From Balneola sp. (GTDB lineage Bacteria; Bacteroidota; Rhodothermia; Balneolales; Balneolaceae), in NCBI GenBank assembly GCA_965601915.1, contig OZ271847.1, positions 2,257,178 to 2,321,177 on the forward strand: 64,000 bases of DNA. The letters are read 5' to 3'. Position numbers and translations under genes: made by a program. The first letter of the stretch is position 1. Each line of letters starts with the position of its first letter. The notes beneath the pieces were generated by a model. It was not told the DNA's origin. It saw only the letters and a program-made list of their open reading frames with translations, and ran no database searches. Below, piece by piece: positions 55,338 to 64,000 of the stretch.

Positions 55338-56261
55338 TTAATACACTTCCTCAAACGTACGTGCTGAAGGTTTAATATTCTTCTTCATATCTTCCCAATC
55401 CCATTTCTCCGGTTCTATTTCAGGAAGATCACCGCGAAGCTGTAAGTAATCTATATGGCCTCTCAGTGCAAGGTTATGGTAGATTCCTGTTTCCATTCCT
55501 TTCATTCCGCAGATATAAATCAAGGTGTTCTCTTTACCCAAAATTGGGTCTAATTTATCAGCATGATCATTGATCACACTCTGAACATAATATTTACTTC
55601 CATCTTCCCTACGATCCTCTCTTGATACACAACTCAGGTAATGAAAGTTTGAATGTTTTTCCCCCATTTCTCGAATAAAGTCCGGATATAGTATGTCAGT
55701 TCGATAAGCACATCCGAAAATCAAAGCTACATCCCCTTCATAACCGTTTTCGAATAGCTCCATTATCATTCCTCTGAATGGTGCGATTCCGGTTCCTGTC
55801 GCAAAAAATACATAATTAAAATCTTTTGCATTTTCAGGCAAAAGATATCTTTTCCCACTCGGTCCTGTTAGCTTTACTTTGTCTCCCGGTTTAAGATCAG
55901 AGAGATAATTTGATGCTACGCCCAAGTATAGTTTTCCGTCTACTTCATCAATAGACCTTTTTACAGTTGTAGAAACAAGATGAGATTTTCCTCCTTCACC
56001 TTTAGTTGGAGAAGAAACAGAATAAAGTCTGAGTTTATGTGGTCTACCTTTTTCATTTTCACCGGGAGGCAGAACGCCCACAGATTGACCAACTCTGATT
56101 CGATCTACCAAGTCTGTACCTGAGATATCAAAAGTGATATGGCGAACAATGTTGGGACTATTCTCTGCTGTACAAATATAATTTTCAACAATTGTTGCCT
56201 CTGTTGGCTCTTTTGGGGAATAAATGTTTAACTCAACTTCAGGTAGTACGATCTCAGCCAT
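55338..56261 (-). CDS. Ferredoxin--NADP+ reductase (plant-type FNR)
   Basis: RLYSVSS (FAD-binding RLYSI-type motif), GTGIAPFRG (NADP-binding), ICGMKGM, and a C-terminal Tyr (…EEVY). Confidence 0.9.
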   Translation of the reverse strand: MAEIVLPEVELNIYSPKEPTEATIVENYICTAENSPNIVRHITFDISGTDLVDRIRVGQSVGVLPPGENEKGRPHKLRLYSVSSPTKGEGGKSHLVSTTVKRSIDEVDGKLYLGVASNYLSDLKPGDKVKLTGPSGKRYLLPENAKDFNYVFFATGTGIAPFRGMIMELFENGYEGDVALIFGCAYRTDILYPDFIREMGEKHSNFHYLSCVSREDRREDGSKYYVQSVINDHADKLDPILGKENTLIYICGMKGMETGIYHNLALRGHIDYLQLRGDLPEIEPEKWDWEDMKKNIKPSARTFEEVY

Positions 56262-56292
56262 TCTCTAAATTAATTTTAAAACTTTAGTAAAT

Positions 56293-56321
56293 AAAAAAAC
56301 CCGCTTCCAAAAGAAGCAGGT
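56293..56321 (-). terminator. Rho-independent terminator for the OMP gene (minus strand)
   Basis: On the minus strand, the stem ACCTGCTTC / GAAGCGGGT (8 of 9 paired) with a 5-nt loop is followed by TTTTTTT. It lies 22 nt after the stop at 56343. Confidence 0.6.
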
Positions 56322-56342
56322 TTAAAATAGAATAATTTTAGC

Positions 56343-56912
56343 TTAGAAATAAAATGTTAAACCAGCTGATATCACATTCCCGCTAAATTCAGTATCATTA
56401 AGATCATCACCCTGATCATCCAGATATAAATATCTGTAATCAACATTTAGTCCAGCACTCTCATTGAGTGGCAAATCTAAACCAAATCCAAGGTGGTAGC
56501 CAATATTGAATTCAGCATCATCTCCCGGACTTATGAAACCTCCATTATAATCATAAAAAGTATAATAAGCTCCTAATCCTATTAGTCCATAAGGTTGAAA
56601 ATTAGATGCTAAAGGCACATGTGCTAATAATGAAGCCGTTACCGGGATTTGTTTAATTGTAAGATCACCGTTCGCTGTAGAATAACTTTGTTCACCTCTA
56701 TATTCGGCAGCCATCTCAAATCCAAAAACTTCACCTCTTGTTCTTGTCTGTACTCCGATAAACATGGTTCCGTCTTCGGCATCAGGGGCTTTATAGTAAC
56801 CTATCTTAGGACCAAAACCTGATTTGTTTTTAGTTGGGGCATCCTGAGCTTGTATTAAGCCGGAAAAACTCAATGCAATAGAAAATGTTAGTGCAGTAAT
56901 TAATGTCTTCAT
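56343..56912 (-). CDS. Small outer-membrane beta-barrel protein (OmpW/OmpA-beta-barrel-like)
   Basis: Signal peptide, alternating amphipathic strands and a C-terminal ...GLTFYF aromatic terminus. Confidence 0.75.
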   Translation of the reverse strand: MKTLITALTFSIALSFSGLIQAQDAPTKNKSGFGPKIGYYKAPDAEDGTMFIGVQTRTRGEVFGFEMAAEYRGEQSYSTANGDLTIKQIPVTASLLAHVPLASNFQPYGLIGLGAYYTFYDYNGGFISPGDDAEFNIGYHLGFGLDLPLNESAGLNVDYRYLYLDDQGDDLNDTEFSGNVISAGLTFYF

Positions 56913-57002
56913 TGATGTTAGTTTTGTTATAAGTTTACTAACATCTTAAACAGCATGTAGTTAGGATAGTTCCAAGATTTAAGAAAAGCTAATTTGAGAT
57001 CC

Positions 57003-57683
57003 TTATTGATTGCTGATTTTATATCGAATAAGCTCATCTACAGTAGGCCTTGTTCCATTTTGATCAATAAGATATTGTGCGGTTCTATCGGTTACATCCA
57101 CACCTCTCATTCTCATTAGGTTTTCTTTGGTTAACTCTTCCTGAGTATAACCTAAATCCATCATTCGGCTTGTAAAATTAGCCGTAACCCCTGCTCTTCT
57201 TGTTTCGGCAAGCTCTGGAACAGTAAGTTCATAACCCAGTTCCTGCATCATCCCAGCATAAGTAGCACTAACCTCTGCATTCTGAAGCTCAATGAGCTGA
57301 TCTAAAGTAATATCTGTATACCCAAGATCGTGAAGTCTCTGAGTTTCTGTGGCTGTAACTCCTTCATCCCTTAGAGCAGATAACTCTTCGTTGGTTAGTT
57401 CTCCGTAACCTAGTTGCTCCATCCAGGTACCCATTCCTGCAAGTAATTCAGGATCGTACTCATTAAAAGATTGAACAACTTCAGTTAAAGGGTTCTCTAT
57501 ATCGAAATCTATTTGAGAGCCAACGTAAAAGGTAAGGGTAGCAACAAAAGCGAATAGTAATATATAATTAGAAAGCTTTCCGGAATTGGACGATTTATCC
57601 AATTTACTTTGATTTAATTGTGATGTTGTATCTTCCTCAAGATCTTTCAGATCATTTTTTAAATTTTTAAATCTGGTAGTCAT
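57003..57683 (-). CDS. Membrane-anchored protein with four ~33-aa LGY...GVT repeats
   Basis: One TM segment (YILLFAFVATLTFYVGS) is followed by repeats: MEQLGYGELTNEELSALRDEGVTA, LHDLGYTDITLDQLIELQNAEVSA, MQELGYELTVPELAETRRAGVTA, MMDLGYTQEELTKENLMRMRGVDVT. Confidence 0.5.
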   Translation of the reverse strand: MTTRFKNLKNDLKDLEEDTTSQLNQSKLDKSSNSGKLSNYILLFAFVATLTFYVGSQIDFDIENPLTEVVQSFNEYDPELLAGMGTWMEQLGYGELTNEELSALRDEGVTATETQRLHDLGYTDITLDQLIELQNAEVSATYAGMMQELGYELTVPELAETRRAGVTANFTSRMMDLGYTQEELTKENLMRMRGVDVTDRTAQYLIDQNGTRPTVDELIRYKISNQ

Positions 57684-57745
57684 AGTGCCCTTTTAAGTTC
57701 CCGAATAGTTACGAATACTTTACAAAAAAGATGCGAAAAATATAA

Positions 57746-58111
57746 TCAGCTTACCAATTTCAATGATTTATCAAGATCACCAATAGTAAACGGCTTAACA
57801 ATCAAATCAGCAAAATCTGTATCTTTAGCTCTTTCAAAGTTTAATCGGTCAGAGTTCCCGGTTAAATATATAACCTGAGCATTGATATGCTCTTTAATCT
57901 TTGCAACAGTATCAATACCGTCCATTTCTCCTTTTAACCGAATATCCATCAAAAGAATATCAGGTTTTTCTTGTTTCGCAATTTTAACAGCTTCTTCACC
58001 CGAAACCGCCTTTCCTGCTACTGTATAACCCAGTTCTTTGACCATATTTTCTACAACCAAAGATATGATCATATCATCTTCTACTATTAATATTTTCTTC
58101 ATTTTACTCAT
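57746..58111 (-). CDS. Stand-alone response-regulator receiver protein (CheY-like)
   Basis: ILIVEDD, the phospho-acceptor context PDILLMDIRL, LTG and a downstream K (VKPF). At 121 aa it has no output domain. Confidence 0.9.
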   Translation of the reverse strand: MSKMKKILIVEDDMIISLVVENMVKELGYTVAGKAVSGEEAVKIAKQEKPDILLMDIRLKGEMDGIDTVAKIKEHINAQVIYLTGNSDRLNFERAKDTDFADLIVKPFTIGDLDKSLKLVS

Positions 58112-58183
58112 TGCTAATTTTACTGATTATCGACAGCTTCAGTATACTCTTAATCATTAATTAATATATAATTTTCCTTCTAA

Positions 58184-59029
58184 TCAAATAGTCTCAACAG
58201 AAAGAATATCTCCGGAAATTGTACTAATGTTAATTTCCCATTTTTTCGTTTTCGTTCCATTTTGATACACGAATAATTTCCAGACTTTGTGAATTTCGGC
58301 ACCATCGTTTCTTTTAATCAACTGATAGAACAACTGTGGTTTTTCGTCAATATGTTCTTCATAGATCTCCTGTTCAAGGATTTGATTTTGTTCGTTTCTA
58401 TACCTTAAACGTTCACCTATCAATTTTTCTCTGGCAGCTTTTGAACCTACTATAACAAAACCAGGGTCAACAATATCTTTATACCAATTACCCCAGATCC
58501 TGTTTACTCCGTTTACATCCTGATAAACAGCAATTGATGAACCGGATACAGGAATATCATTAACTTTCTGAGAAGAAAAAGTAATCTTCCATTGTAAAGG
58601 AACATTGTTTATATCCGGTCCTTCACAAATTGTACATCCATCTAAAGAGATAATTTCTTCAATTTGTAGATCTGAGACATTTTCTACTCCAGTAAATTGC
58701 GAATTGAATACCAAAGATTGCCTTGCTATTTCTAGAATTGATTCTGAAAAAGGAAGCTCAACTAATGTTTCTTTTCTACTTAAGCACGGGTTTTCGTCAC
58801 TAGGAAAAAGAATCCGACTAAAACCGGTGAAACCATATTCATTCAGAGGAGAACAAATTTGTCCATTATTAGTTGAATGGTATTGCTCATTAAGAGAGTT
58901 TAACGTTGCTCTTTCAAGTTCGGGAATAAAGGCAGGATAATCTTTTGGATCTTCGGAATCGGAAATAGTTTCACACGCCGAAAAACTAACAGCAAAAAAT
59001 AAAATAGCGATGAATTTTCTTTTTCTCAT
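58184..59029 (-). CDS. Hypothetical lipoprotein
   Basis: Signal peptide with lipobox (AVSFSAC). I recognise no domain. Confidence 0.5.
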   Translation of the reverse strand: MRKRKFIAILFFAVSFSACETISDSEDPKDYPAFIPELERATLNSLNEQYHSTNNGQICSPLNEYGFTGFSRILFPSDENPCLSRKETLVELPFSESILEIARQSLVFNSQFTGVENVSDLQIEEIISLDGCTICEGPDINNVPLQWKITFSSQKVNDIPVSGSSIAVYQDVNGVNRIWGNWYKDIVDPGFVIVGSKAAREKLIGERLRYRNEQNQILEQEIYEEHIDEKPQLFYQLIKRNDGAEIHKVWKLFVYQNGTKTKKWEINISTISGDILSVETI

Positions 59030-59109
59030 CTATGTCCTAAGGTTTATATAACTTAATCAGATATGCGGTTTAGTTCAAGATTGAAGCCAAATATTAGTAA
59101 CTTTTATAA

Positions 59110-60255
59110 ATGGAAAATCAAGTTGAAATAATTGTTGTTGGAGCCGGCATTTCAGGTTTTACCACAGCCCTGCTTCTCAAAAAGGCTGGTTATAAAGTGT
59201 CAATATATTATGAGGAGTTTCCTTTAAGTAAATTGAGTGATCCTACTTTTGCAAGTTTGTATCCGGCAGCCTCTGTTATTCCACACTCGGTTTATCATCC
59301 TGAACTAAATCAGATTTTTGAAATTAGTCAGAGTATTTTTTCCACATTGTATCAGAATGATTATCCGGGATTAAAAAAACACAAACACTTTGAACTTTTC
59401 TGCTTTAAAACAGATGCTCCGGATTATCTCAATAGAATGAGCAACCTGAAGATAGTTTCAGATATTGATTGGATGCCACATCACCCGGAGTTCAAAATAC
59501 AAGAAGGTTGGGTTTTCAACTGCTACTTCGCCGATTGGGATTTATATTTTCCCGAAATCATTAAAGAATTTATGAGGTTGGACGGAATTATTATTAATAA
59601 AAAAATTGATCTCAATTCATTAAATGAATTACCTGCCGATGTCATCATCAACTGTTCCGGCATAGGTAGTAATGAAATTGAAAGTGAAACCTCTTCCCCT
59701 TTACTTTTACTTGGGCATCTTTTAAAGATTCCGAATACAATAACACCTATGGATCCTGATGGGAATATTGTTTCTTATAACTTCAGTCCCGGAAAAGAAA
59801 TTTATTCAAATACTGAACATCAGCCTTTGGATGTATATTTCTATCCCGGTAAAAAAAACTGGACTTTAGGAGGAAGTCGTTTTAAAGTTTCACTTGATAC
59901 GACCAAAGATAACTATTTTAAAATCCATGATGAATTTCCCCATCAAATAAAAAAAATCAACTTTGAGATCTTAGCTCACACATTTGGGATAACTACTCCA
60001 GACACTGATAAAGAACTCAAAAAAACCGGTATTAGATATCTCAGAAATAGAGAAAATGGTTTAAGATTGGAATCAGAGAACGTTAAAGAAAAAAAGATAA
60101 TCCATAATTATGGTCATGGGGGTGCCGGAGTTACCTTAAGCTGGGGGTGTTCTTTTAGGATATTGAATATGGTTAATAACTTTACCGGAATTGCCAATAC
60201 ATCATTGGATGAAGCGAATCAACTTTTATTAGATGGCTTAATTTTAGATCGGTAA
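59110..60255 (+). CDS. FAD-dependent oxidoreductase, D-amino-acid-oxidase-like
   Basis: N-terminal dinucleotide fold VVGAGISGFTTALLL and the C-terminal HNYGHGGAGVTLSWGC motif typical of the DAAO family. Confidence 0.8.
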   Translation: MENQVEIIVVGAGISGFTTALLLKKAGYKVSIYYEEFPLSKLSDPTFASLYPAASVIPHSVYHPELNQIFEISQSIFSTLYQNDYPGLKKHKHFELFCFKTDAPDYLNRMSNLKIVSDIDWMPHHPEFKIQEGWVFNCYFADWDLYFPEIIKEFMRLDGIIINKKIDLNSLNELPADVIINCSGIGSNEIESETSSPLLLLGHLLKIPNTITPMDPDGNIVSYNFSPGKEIYSNTEHQPLDVYFYPGKKNWTLGGSRFKVSLDTTKDNYFKIHDEFPHQIKKINFEILAHTFGITTPDTDKELKKTGIRYLRNRENGLRLESENVKEKKIIHNYGHGGAGVTLSWGCSFRILNMVNNFTGIANTSLDEANQLLLDGLILDR

Positions 60256-60611
60256 TTAACCCAATGACCTATTATTAAAAAAATACTTCCTACTAGAGTA
60301 ATACCTGCCTCTCCATATTCTCCCAGTGTTTCATTAAATAACCATGCCAGGAAAATTATGAGCAATCCTGAAATCAAAAATATGGATGCCCATATCGAGT
60401 TGTGTTTGTTCTTTAATGAGAAAAAAACAGTTGGTGCAATCGCTACAAAGAATATAAAGTGTGTATAGCCGTGAAATTCTTCGAATGCAGGCCATAGCGG
60501 AATTAAAGCAACTATTACAGGAACCAATAAACAATGTATAGCACAAATACCCGATAGTCCAATTCCTAATCTGTCCCAAAACGCGGGCTTATTTTTTTTT
60601 ATATCCTGCAT
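60219..60611 (-). CDS. MerC-family small membrane protein
   Basis: 130 aa with four TM segments and the MerC-like motif GICAIHCLLVPV. Confidence 0.55.
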   Translation of the reverse strand: MQDIKKNKPAFWDRLGIGLSGICAIHCLLVPVIVALIPLWPAFEEFHGYTHFIFFVAIAPTVFFSLKNKHNSIWASIFLISGLLIIFLAWLFNETLGEYGEAGITLVGSIFLIIGHWVNYRSKIKPSNKS

Positions 60612-60699
60612 TTAGTGAATTTATTCCCATTTTTAACAAGCCCCTAATATATTAATATACCGAATGATTTCTGAACAATTGTTTGATGAAAAATTGCCT

Positions 60700-61998
60700 C
60701 TACTCAACTTCTTTCAAACTATATGAAAGAAATATACTGACAATTAACATGCCGATAAGAAATAGGAAAAGGACATTCAATGAAAATAGCTCAGCAATAA
60801 ATCCTACTCCTGCTGCTAAAATTGTAAATAGACCTATAAAAGTATTCGATAGTGAGATATATAACGGTCTTTCTTTTTCAGGAGCAAAATCAGCTAAATA
60901 GGTTTTCCGACTTAATCTAGCTCCGCTATGTATCATCATATTCAACAAAATTATAACTGAAAATGTATAAATATTTTGAATTGAACTATTCAGAAGATCA
61001 AAGAAGAGTACTAAGAGTAAATTCAATATTCCAAGCCCTGCAATTACCATCATTAACTTTCTGCTTGACCTATCTGCGAACTTTCCCCAAAAGGGACTGC
61101 TTATAAACCCTGCAACTCCACTTACAATTACAAATAATCCCAATCCCCTGAAATCTGCACCTGTTATATCTTTACCGTATAGTATCAAAAATGGCTGAGC
61201 TAAGGGAATAGCCATTAACATTGCTCTTGAAAAAATAAAGTTTCTCAGGTTTGTATCTGACAAAAATAGATCCCAGCCCTTCTGAATCTCTTTTATAGGT
61301 GTTCTACCTCCTTCCGTTGCTCCAGGTTGTTCTTTGATCAAAAGAAAAAAAATACCTGCTCCAATCCACAAAATGACACTTAACGAAATGATAATTGCGA
61401 TCGGAACTTCAGATTCGCTTCCCTGCAGAAAGAAATACATAAACACACCTGCAAGTAGAGTAAGAATTCCTCCACCGGTAGCTCTTGTTGCAAGCAACCT
61501 CCCTCGTCGCCCTTTGGGGATGGTTTTTGCCATCACGTCTTTAAAACTTACGGAACCTACACCACTTGCTATACTAAATAAAAATAAAGCTGATATGATG
61601 ATCGTTCCTGAGATGTTTTTTTCAAAAAACAAGAACCCAATCAACATTAATAAAATCATGCCTGCCTGAAAAAGAGCAGCAAGCCCCCAAAAATACTTTC
61701 TCTTTTTATATGCCCTGATTTTAGCAGAAACCAATAATTGAGGAAGCAAAGATCCTGCGTTCTTTAAAGGGATTAATAGCCCTGCTAAACCTGATGATGC
61801 TCCGATGACATTAAGTATCCATGGCAAAGTTACCCCCGGACTCACAAGTTGTTCAGCTAATTTTGAACACAATCCACTTAATGAGTTTTTTAAAAAATTT
61901 CCCGGTACATCCGTACATTGTTCTTCAGAAATTGCGGAACAAGCTCTCTCCTCCCCTTCATCTGTGATCCATCTGTAAATTTTCTCATCAAATTTCAT
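60700..61998 (-). CDS. MFS transporter
   Basis: 432 aa with about 12 TM segments. The loop motifs PKGRRGRLLA and GKFADRSSRK are of the MFS D-R-x-G-R-R/K type. Confidence 0.8.
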   Translation of the reverse strand: MKFDEKIYRWITDEGEERACSAISEEQCTDVPGNFLKNSLSGLCSKLAEQLVSPGVTLPWILNVIGASSGLAGLLIPLKNAGSLLPQLLVSAKIRAYKKRKYFWGLAALFQAGMILLMLIGFLFFEKNISGTIIISALFLFSIASGVGSVSFKDVMAKTIPKGRRGRLLATRATGGGILTLLAGVFMYFFLQGSESEVPIAIIISLSVILWIGAGIFFLLIKEQPGATEGGRTPIKEIQKGWDLFLSDTNLRNFIFSRAMLMAIPLAQPFLILYGKDITGADFRGLGLFVIVSGVAGFISSPFWGKFADRSSRKLMMVIAGLGILNLLLVLFFDLLNSSIQNIYTFSVIILLNMMIHSGARLSRKTYLADFAPEKERPLYISLSNTFIGLFTILAAGVGFIAELFSLNVLFLFLIGMLIVSIFLSYSLKEVE

Positions 61999-62086
61999 GT
62001 GGTAGTAACTTTCAATCCTAACAAATCATTCAAACTATTTACAAATAGTTAATCCTTATCATAGCTCAGAGCTATATCTTCAACTC

Positions 62087-62956
62087 ATGAAAAAACTTTT
62101 AAAAATCCTAAAGTGGTTTTTTGTAAGCATAACGGCTTTTGTTGTTGTAGGCATTATGTTCTTACACACGTTAGATTTTTCTTTAAGTGAAGATGAGATT
62201 CTCAGTTCATTTCAAAATCTTAAATTTGATCCTGATTTTACTTTTGCAGAAACAGATTTTAGCGATATTCATTATGTAGCCATTGGTGATACTTCAAAAA
62301 CTAAAGTTATATTTGTGCATGGCTCTCCGGGTTCATGGGATAATTTCAGAAGATTTTTAACCGACGAACAGCTATTGAAGTCTTTCAGAATTATTTCTAT
62401 CGATCGCCCGGGATATGGTAAGTCTGATTCAGGAAAACCCGCACGAAAATTATCTAATCAGGCTAAAGCTATTTTAGCAGTACTTGAGAAAGAGAATAAT
62501 TCAACGAAAAATATTTTTGTAGGACATTCATATGGAGGTCCGGTTATAGCCAGATTTGCCATTGAATATCCCGAGCTTACAAACGGTTTAATATTTGTAG
62601 CTGCATCTGTAGATCCTGATCTTGAAAAGACAAAATGGTTTCAAGTTCCAGTTCATTATAAAGTATTATCATGGATTTTACCTGATATGCTTTACTCTGC
62701 AAATGAAGAAATTTTAGCTTTAAAAAATGAATTGACAATCCTTGAGAATAAGTGGAATCAGGTTAAGGTTCCGGTTTCTGTAATTCAGGGAACCAAAGAC
62801 AGACTGGTACCTTATGAGAATGCAGAATTTCTTAAAGAAAAACTGAGCAATACTAAACCAAAAATGGTTATAGAAGACATTAATCATTTTATTCCTTGGG
62901 AAAATTCACATCTTATTAAACAGGAAATTCTTTGGTTTAACGACGATTCAAATTAA
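62087..62956 (+). CDS. Alpha/beta hydrolase
   Basis: N-terminal TM or signal segment, oxyanion region HGSPGS, nucleophile elbow GHSYGG, and a late DxxxP...H (NHFIPWE). Confidence 0.85.
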   Translation: MKKLLKILKWFFVSITAFVVVGIMFLHTLDFSLSEDEILSSFQNLKFDPDFTFAETDFSDIHYVAIGDTSKTKVIFVHGSPGSWDNFRRFLTDEQLLKSFRIISIDRPGYGKSDSGKPARKLSNQAKAILAVLEKENNSTKNIFVGHSYGGPVIARFAIEYPELTNGLIFVAASVDPDLEKTKWFQVPVHYKVLSWILPDMLYSANEEILALKNELTILENKWNQVKVPVSVIQGTKDRLVPYENAEFLKEKLSNTKPKMVIEDINHFIPWENSHLIKQEILWFNDDSN

Positions 62957-63075
62957 TCTTTTACAAAAGCTTAATAAGAGAAAACCCCTTTCATAATGTG
63001 CATAATGTGTTTTTGAAATGCTTAATTGGTATTTTCCTAAACATAAATCTTTACGCTAATATATTATTTACTTTA

Positions 63076-64000
63076 ATGGCGAATACTACAGTAAGACCTG
63101 AATTCAGAAAGTTTGAAAAAATTCACACTAACAGTTTTGAAAATGCACGTGAGGCTTCATTACATGTTGCTCAACAAATCGCATCTTTAATAAAAGAGAA
63201 AGCCAAAAAAGGTGAAAATGCTGTTCTAGGTCTTGCAACAGGTTCTACCCCAACTCAAATTTATGATGAGTTGGTAAGACTTCACAAAGAAGAAGGACTA
63301 AGCTTTCAGAATGTAATTACATTCAATCTTGATGAATACTACCCTATGGAACCCGATTCAATCCATAGCTACGTGTATTTTATGAATGAGTATCTTTTTG
63401 ACCATATCGATATTAAGCCTGAAAACATTCATATTCCCGATGGTACACTTGACAGGGATAATGTTTATGAATTTTGTCAAAATTATGAGAAAAAGATAAA
63501 GGAAGTTGGTGGGCTTGATATTCAAATCCTTGGTATTGGACGAACAGGTCATGTTGGCTTTAACGAACCCGGCTCGTCTGTGAATTCAACAACCAGACTT
63601 ATTGCATTAGATAGCTTGACTATTTTAGATGCTGCAAGTGGATTTTTTGGGGTAGAAAATGTTCCCAGAAGAGCAATTACTATGGGTGTAGGCACTATTT
63701 TAAGTGCTGAAAAAATCTATTTGATGGCTTGGGGTGAAGGAAAAGCCGGTATTATCCAGAAAACGGTGGAAGGTGAAATAACCTCTTCCATCCCCGCTAC
63801 TTTCCTTCAAGAACATGGTAATACAGAGATTATACTTGATGAAGCCTCATCTGCTGAACTTACAAGAGTTAAAACCCCATGGTTAGTTGGACCTATTGAC
63901 TGGACCGATGAAATTCTCAGAAAAGCAGTAGTCTGGCTTAGTTTACATTTAGGCAAACCTATTCTAAAGCTTACTGATGAGGATTATAGTGAATATGGAA
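63076..64000 (+). CDS. nagB: Glucosamine-6-phosphate deaminase, long form (3' end outside the window)
   Basis: The frame is open from the ATG at 63076 to the window end, so it is absent from the ORF track because no stop is reached. Motifs: GLATGSTP, FNLDEYYP, GIGRTGHVGFNEPGS. The continuation past the deaminase core fits the long Bacteroidota-type NagB. Confidence 0.9.
   Translation, partial: MANTTVRPEFRKFEKIHTNSFENAREASLHVAQQIASLIKEKAKKGENAVLGLATGSTPTQIYDELVRLHKEEGLSFQNVITFNLDEYYPMEPDSIHSYVYFMNEYLFDHIDIKPENIHIPDGTLDRDNVYEFCQNYEKKIKEVGGLDIQILGIGRTGHVGFNEPGSSVNSTTRLIALDSLTILDAASGFFGVENVPRRAITMGVGTILSAEKIYLMAWGEGKAGIIQKTVEGEITSSIPATFLQEHGNTEIILDEASSAELTRVKTPWLVGPIDWTDEILRKAVVWLSLHLGKPILKLTDEDYSEYG

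Noticed and set aside
60219-60255. A 37-nt convergent overlap between the DAAO-like gene (+) and the MerC-like gene (-). The 9-nt (48281-48289) and 12-nt (14585-14596) convergent junctions are similar cases.
   Set aside because: Tail-to-tail overlaps and very short convergent spacers are common in compact bacterial genomes. No structure or extra ORF is evident.

Overview
This is a 64-kb chromosomal window from a low-GC bacterium that looks like the FCB group (Bacteroidota or Balneolota-like). Three proteins end in type IX secretion (T9SS) C-terminal sorting domains (NYPNPFNP...SGVYFYRL...K), and most genes have A-rich leaders without a Shine-Dalgarno motif. I recognised no rRNA, tRNA or CRISPR array.

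Layout:
1. 1-6649: a 5'-truncated PKD-repeat protein, then trkA and trkH.
2. About 6650-14590: an AT-rich accessory segment with every gene on the + strand. It holds a Hachiman-like pair (a small PD-(D/E)xK-like protein plus an SF2 helicase) bracketed by integron attC-like imperfect palindromes. After it come a Crp/Fnr regulator, an NTF2-like lipoprotein, an esterase, a beta-lactamase-fold hydrolase with TPR repeats, and a methyltransferase.
3. 14597-17543 (- strand): an EVE-domain gene and rfbB, rfbC, rfbD.
4. 17706-48280: a 30-kb block entirely on the + strand. Three giant T9SS-sorted proteins are followed by a tightly packed 10-gene operon. The operon encodes four DUF4402/spore-coat-U-like pilin paralogs, a PapD-like chaperone and an usher-like outer-membrane barrel with a TPR tail. 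It continues with a single polypeptide fusing a FliF/YscJ-like periplasmic ring domain to a full FliG-like rotor protein, a TPR lipoprotein, MotA, and a MotB/OmpA protein with SPOR domains.
5. 48290-64000: housekeeping genes, including pdhABC, alaS, ferredoxin-NADP reductase, a response regulator, an MFS transporter and a partial nagB.

The most interesting signal is the non-flagellar rotor-stator module (FliF/FliG fusion plus MotAB) sharing an operon with a chaperone-usher-like pilus system next to giant adhesins. The second is the Hachiman-like defence pair sitting in what looks like an integron-type cassette array without a visible integrase.

All calls come from reading the translations and the DNA by eye. 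No searches were run. Hand-counted motif coordinates may be off by 1-2 nt.
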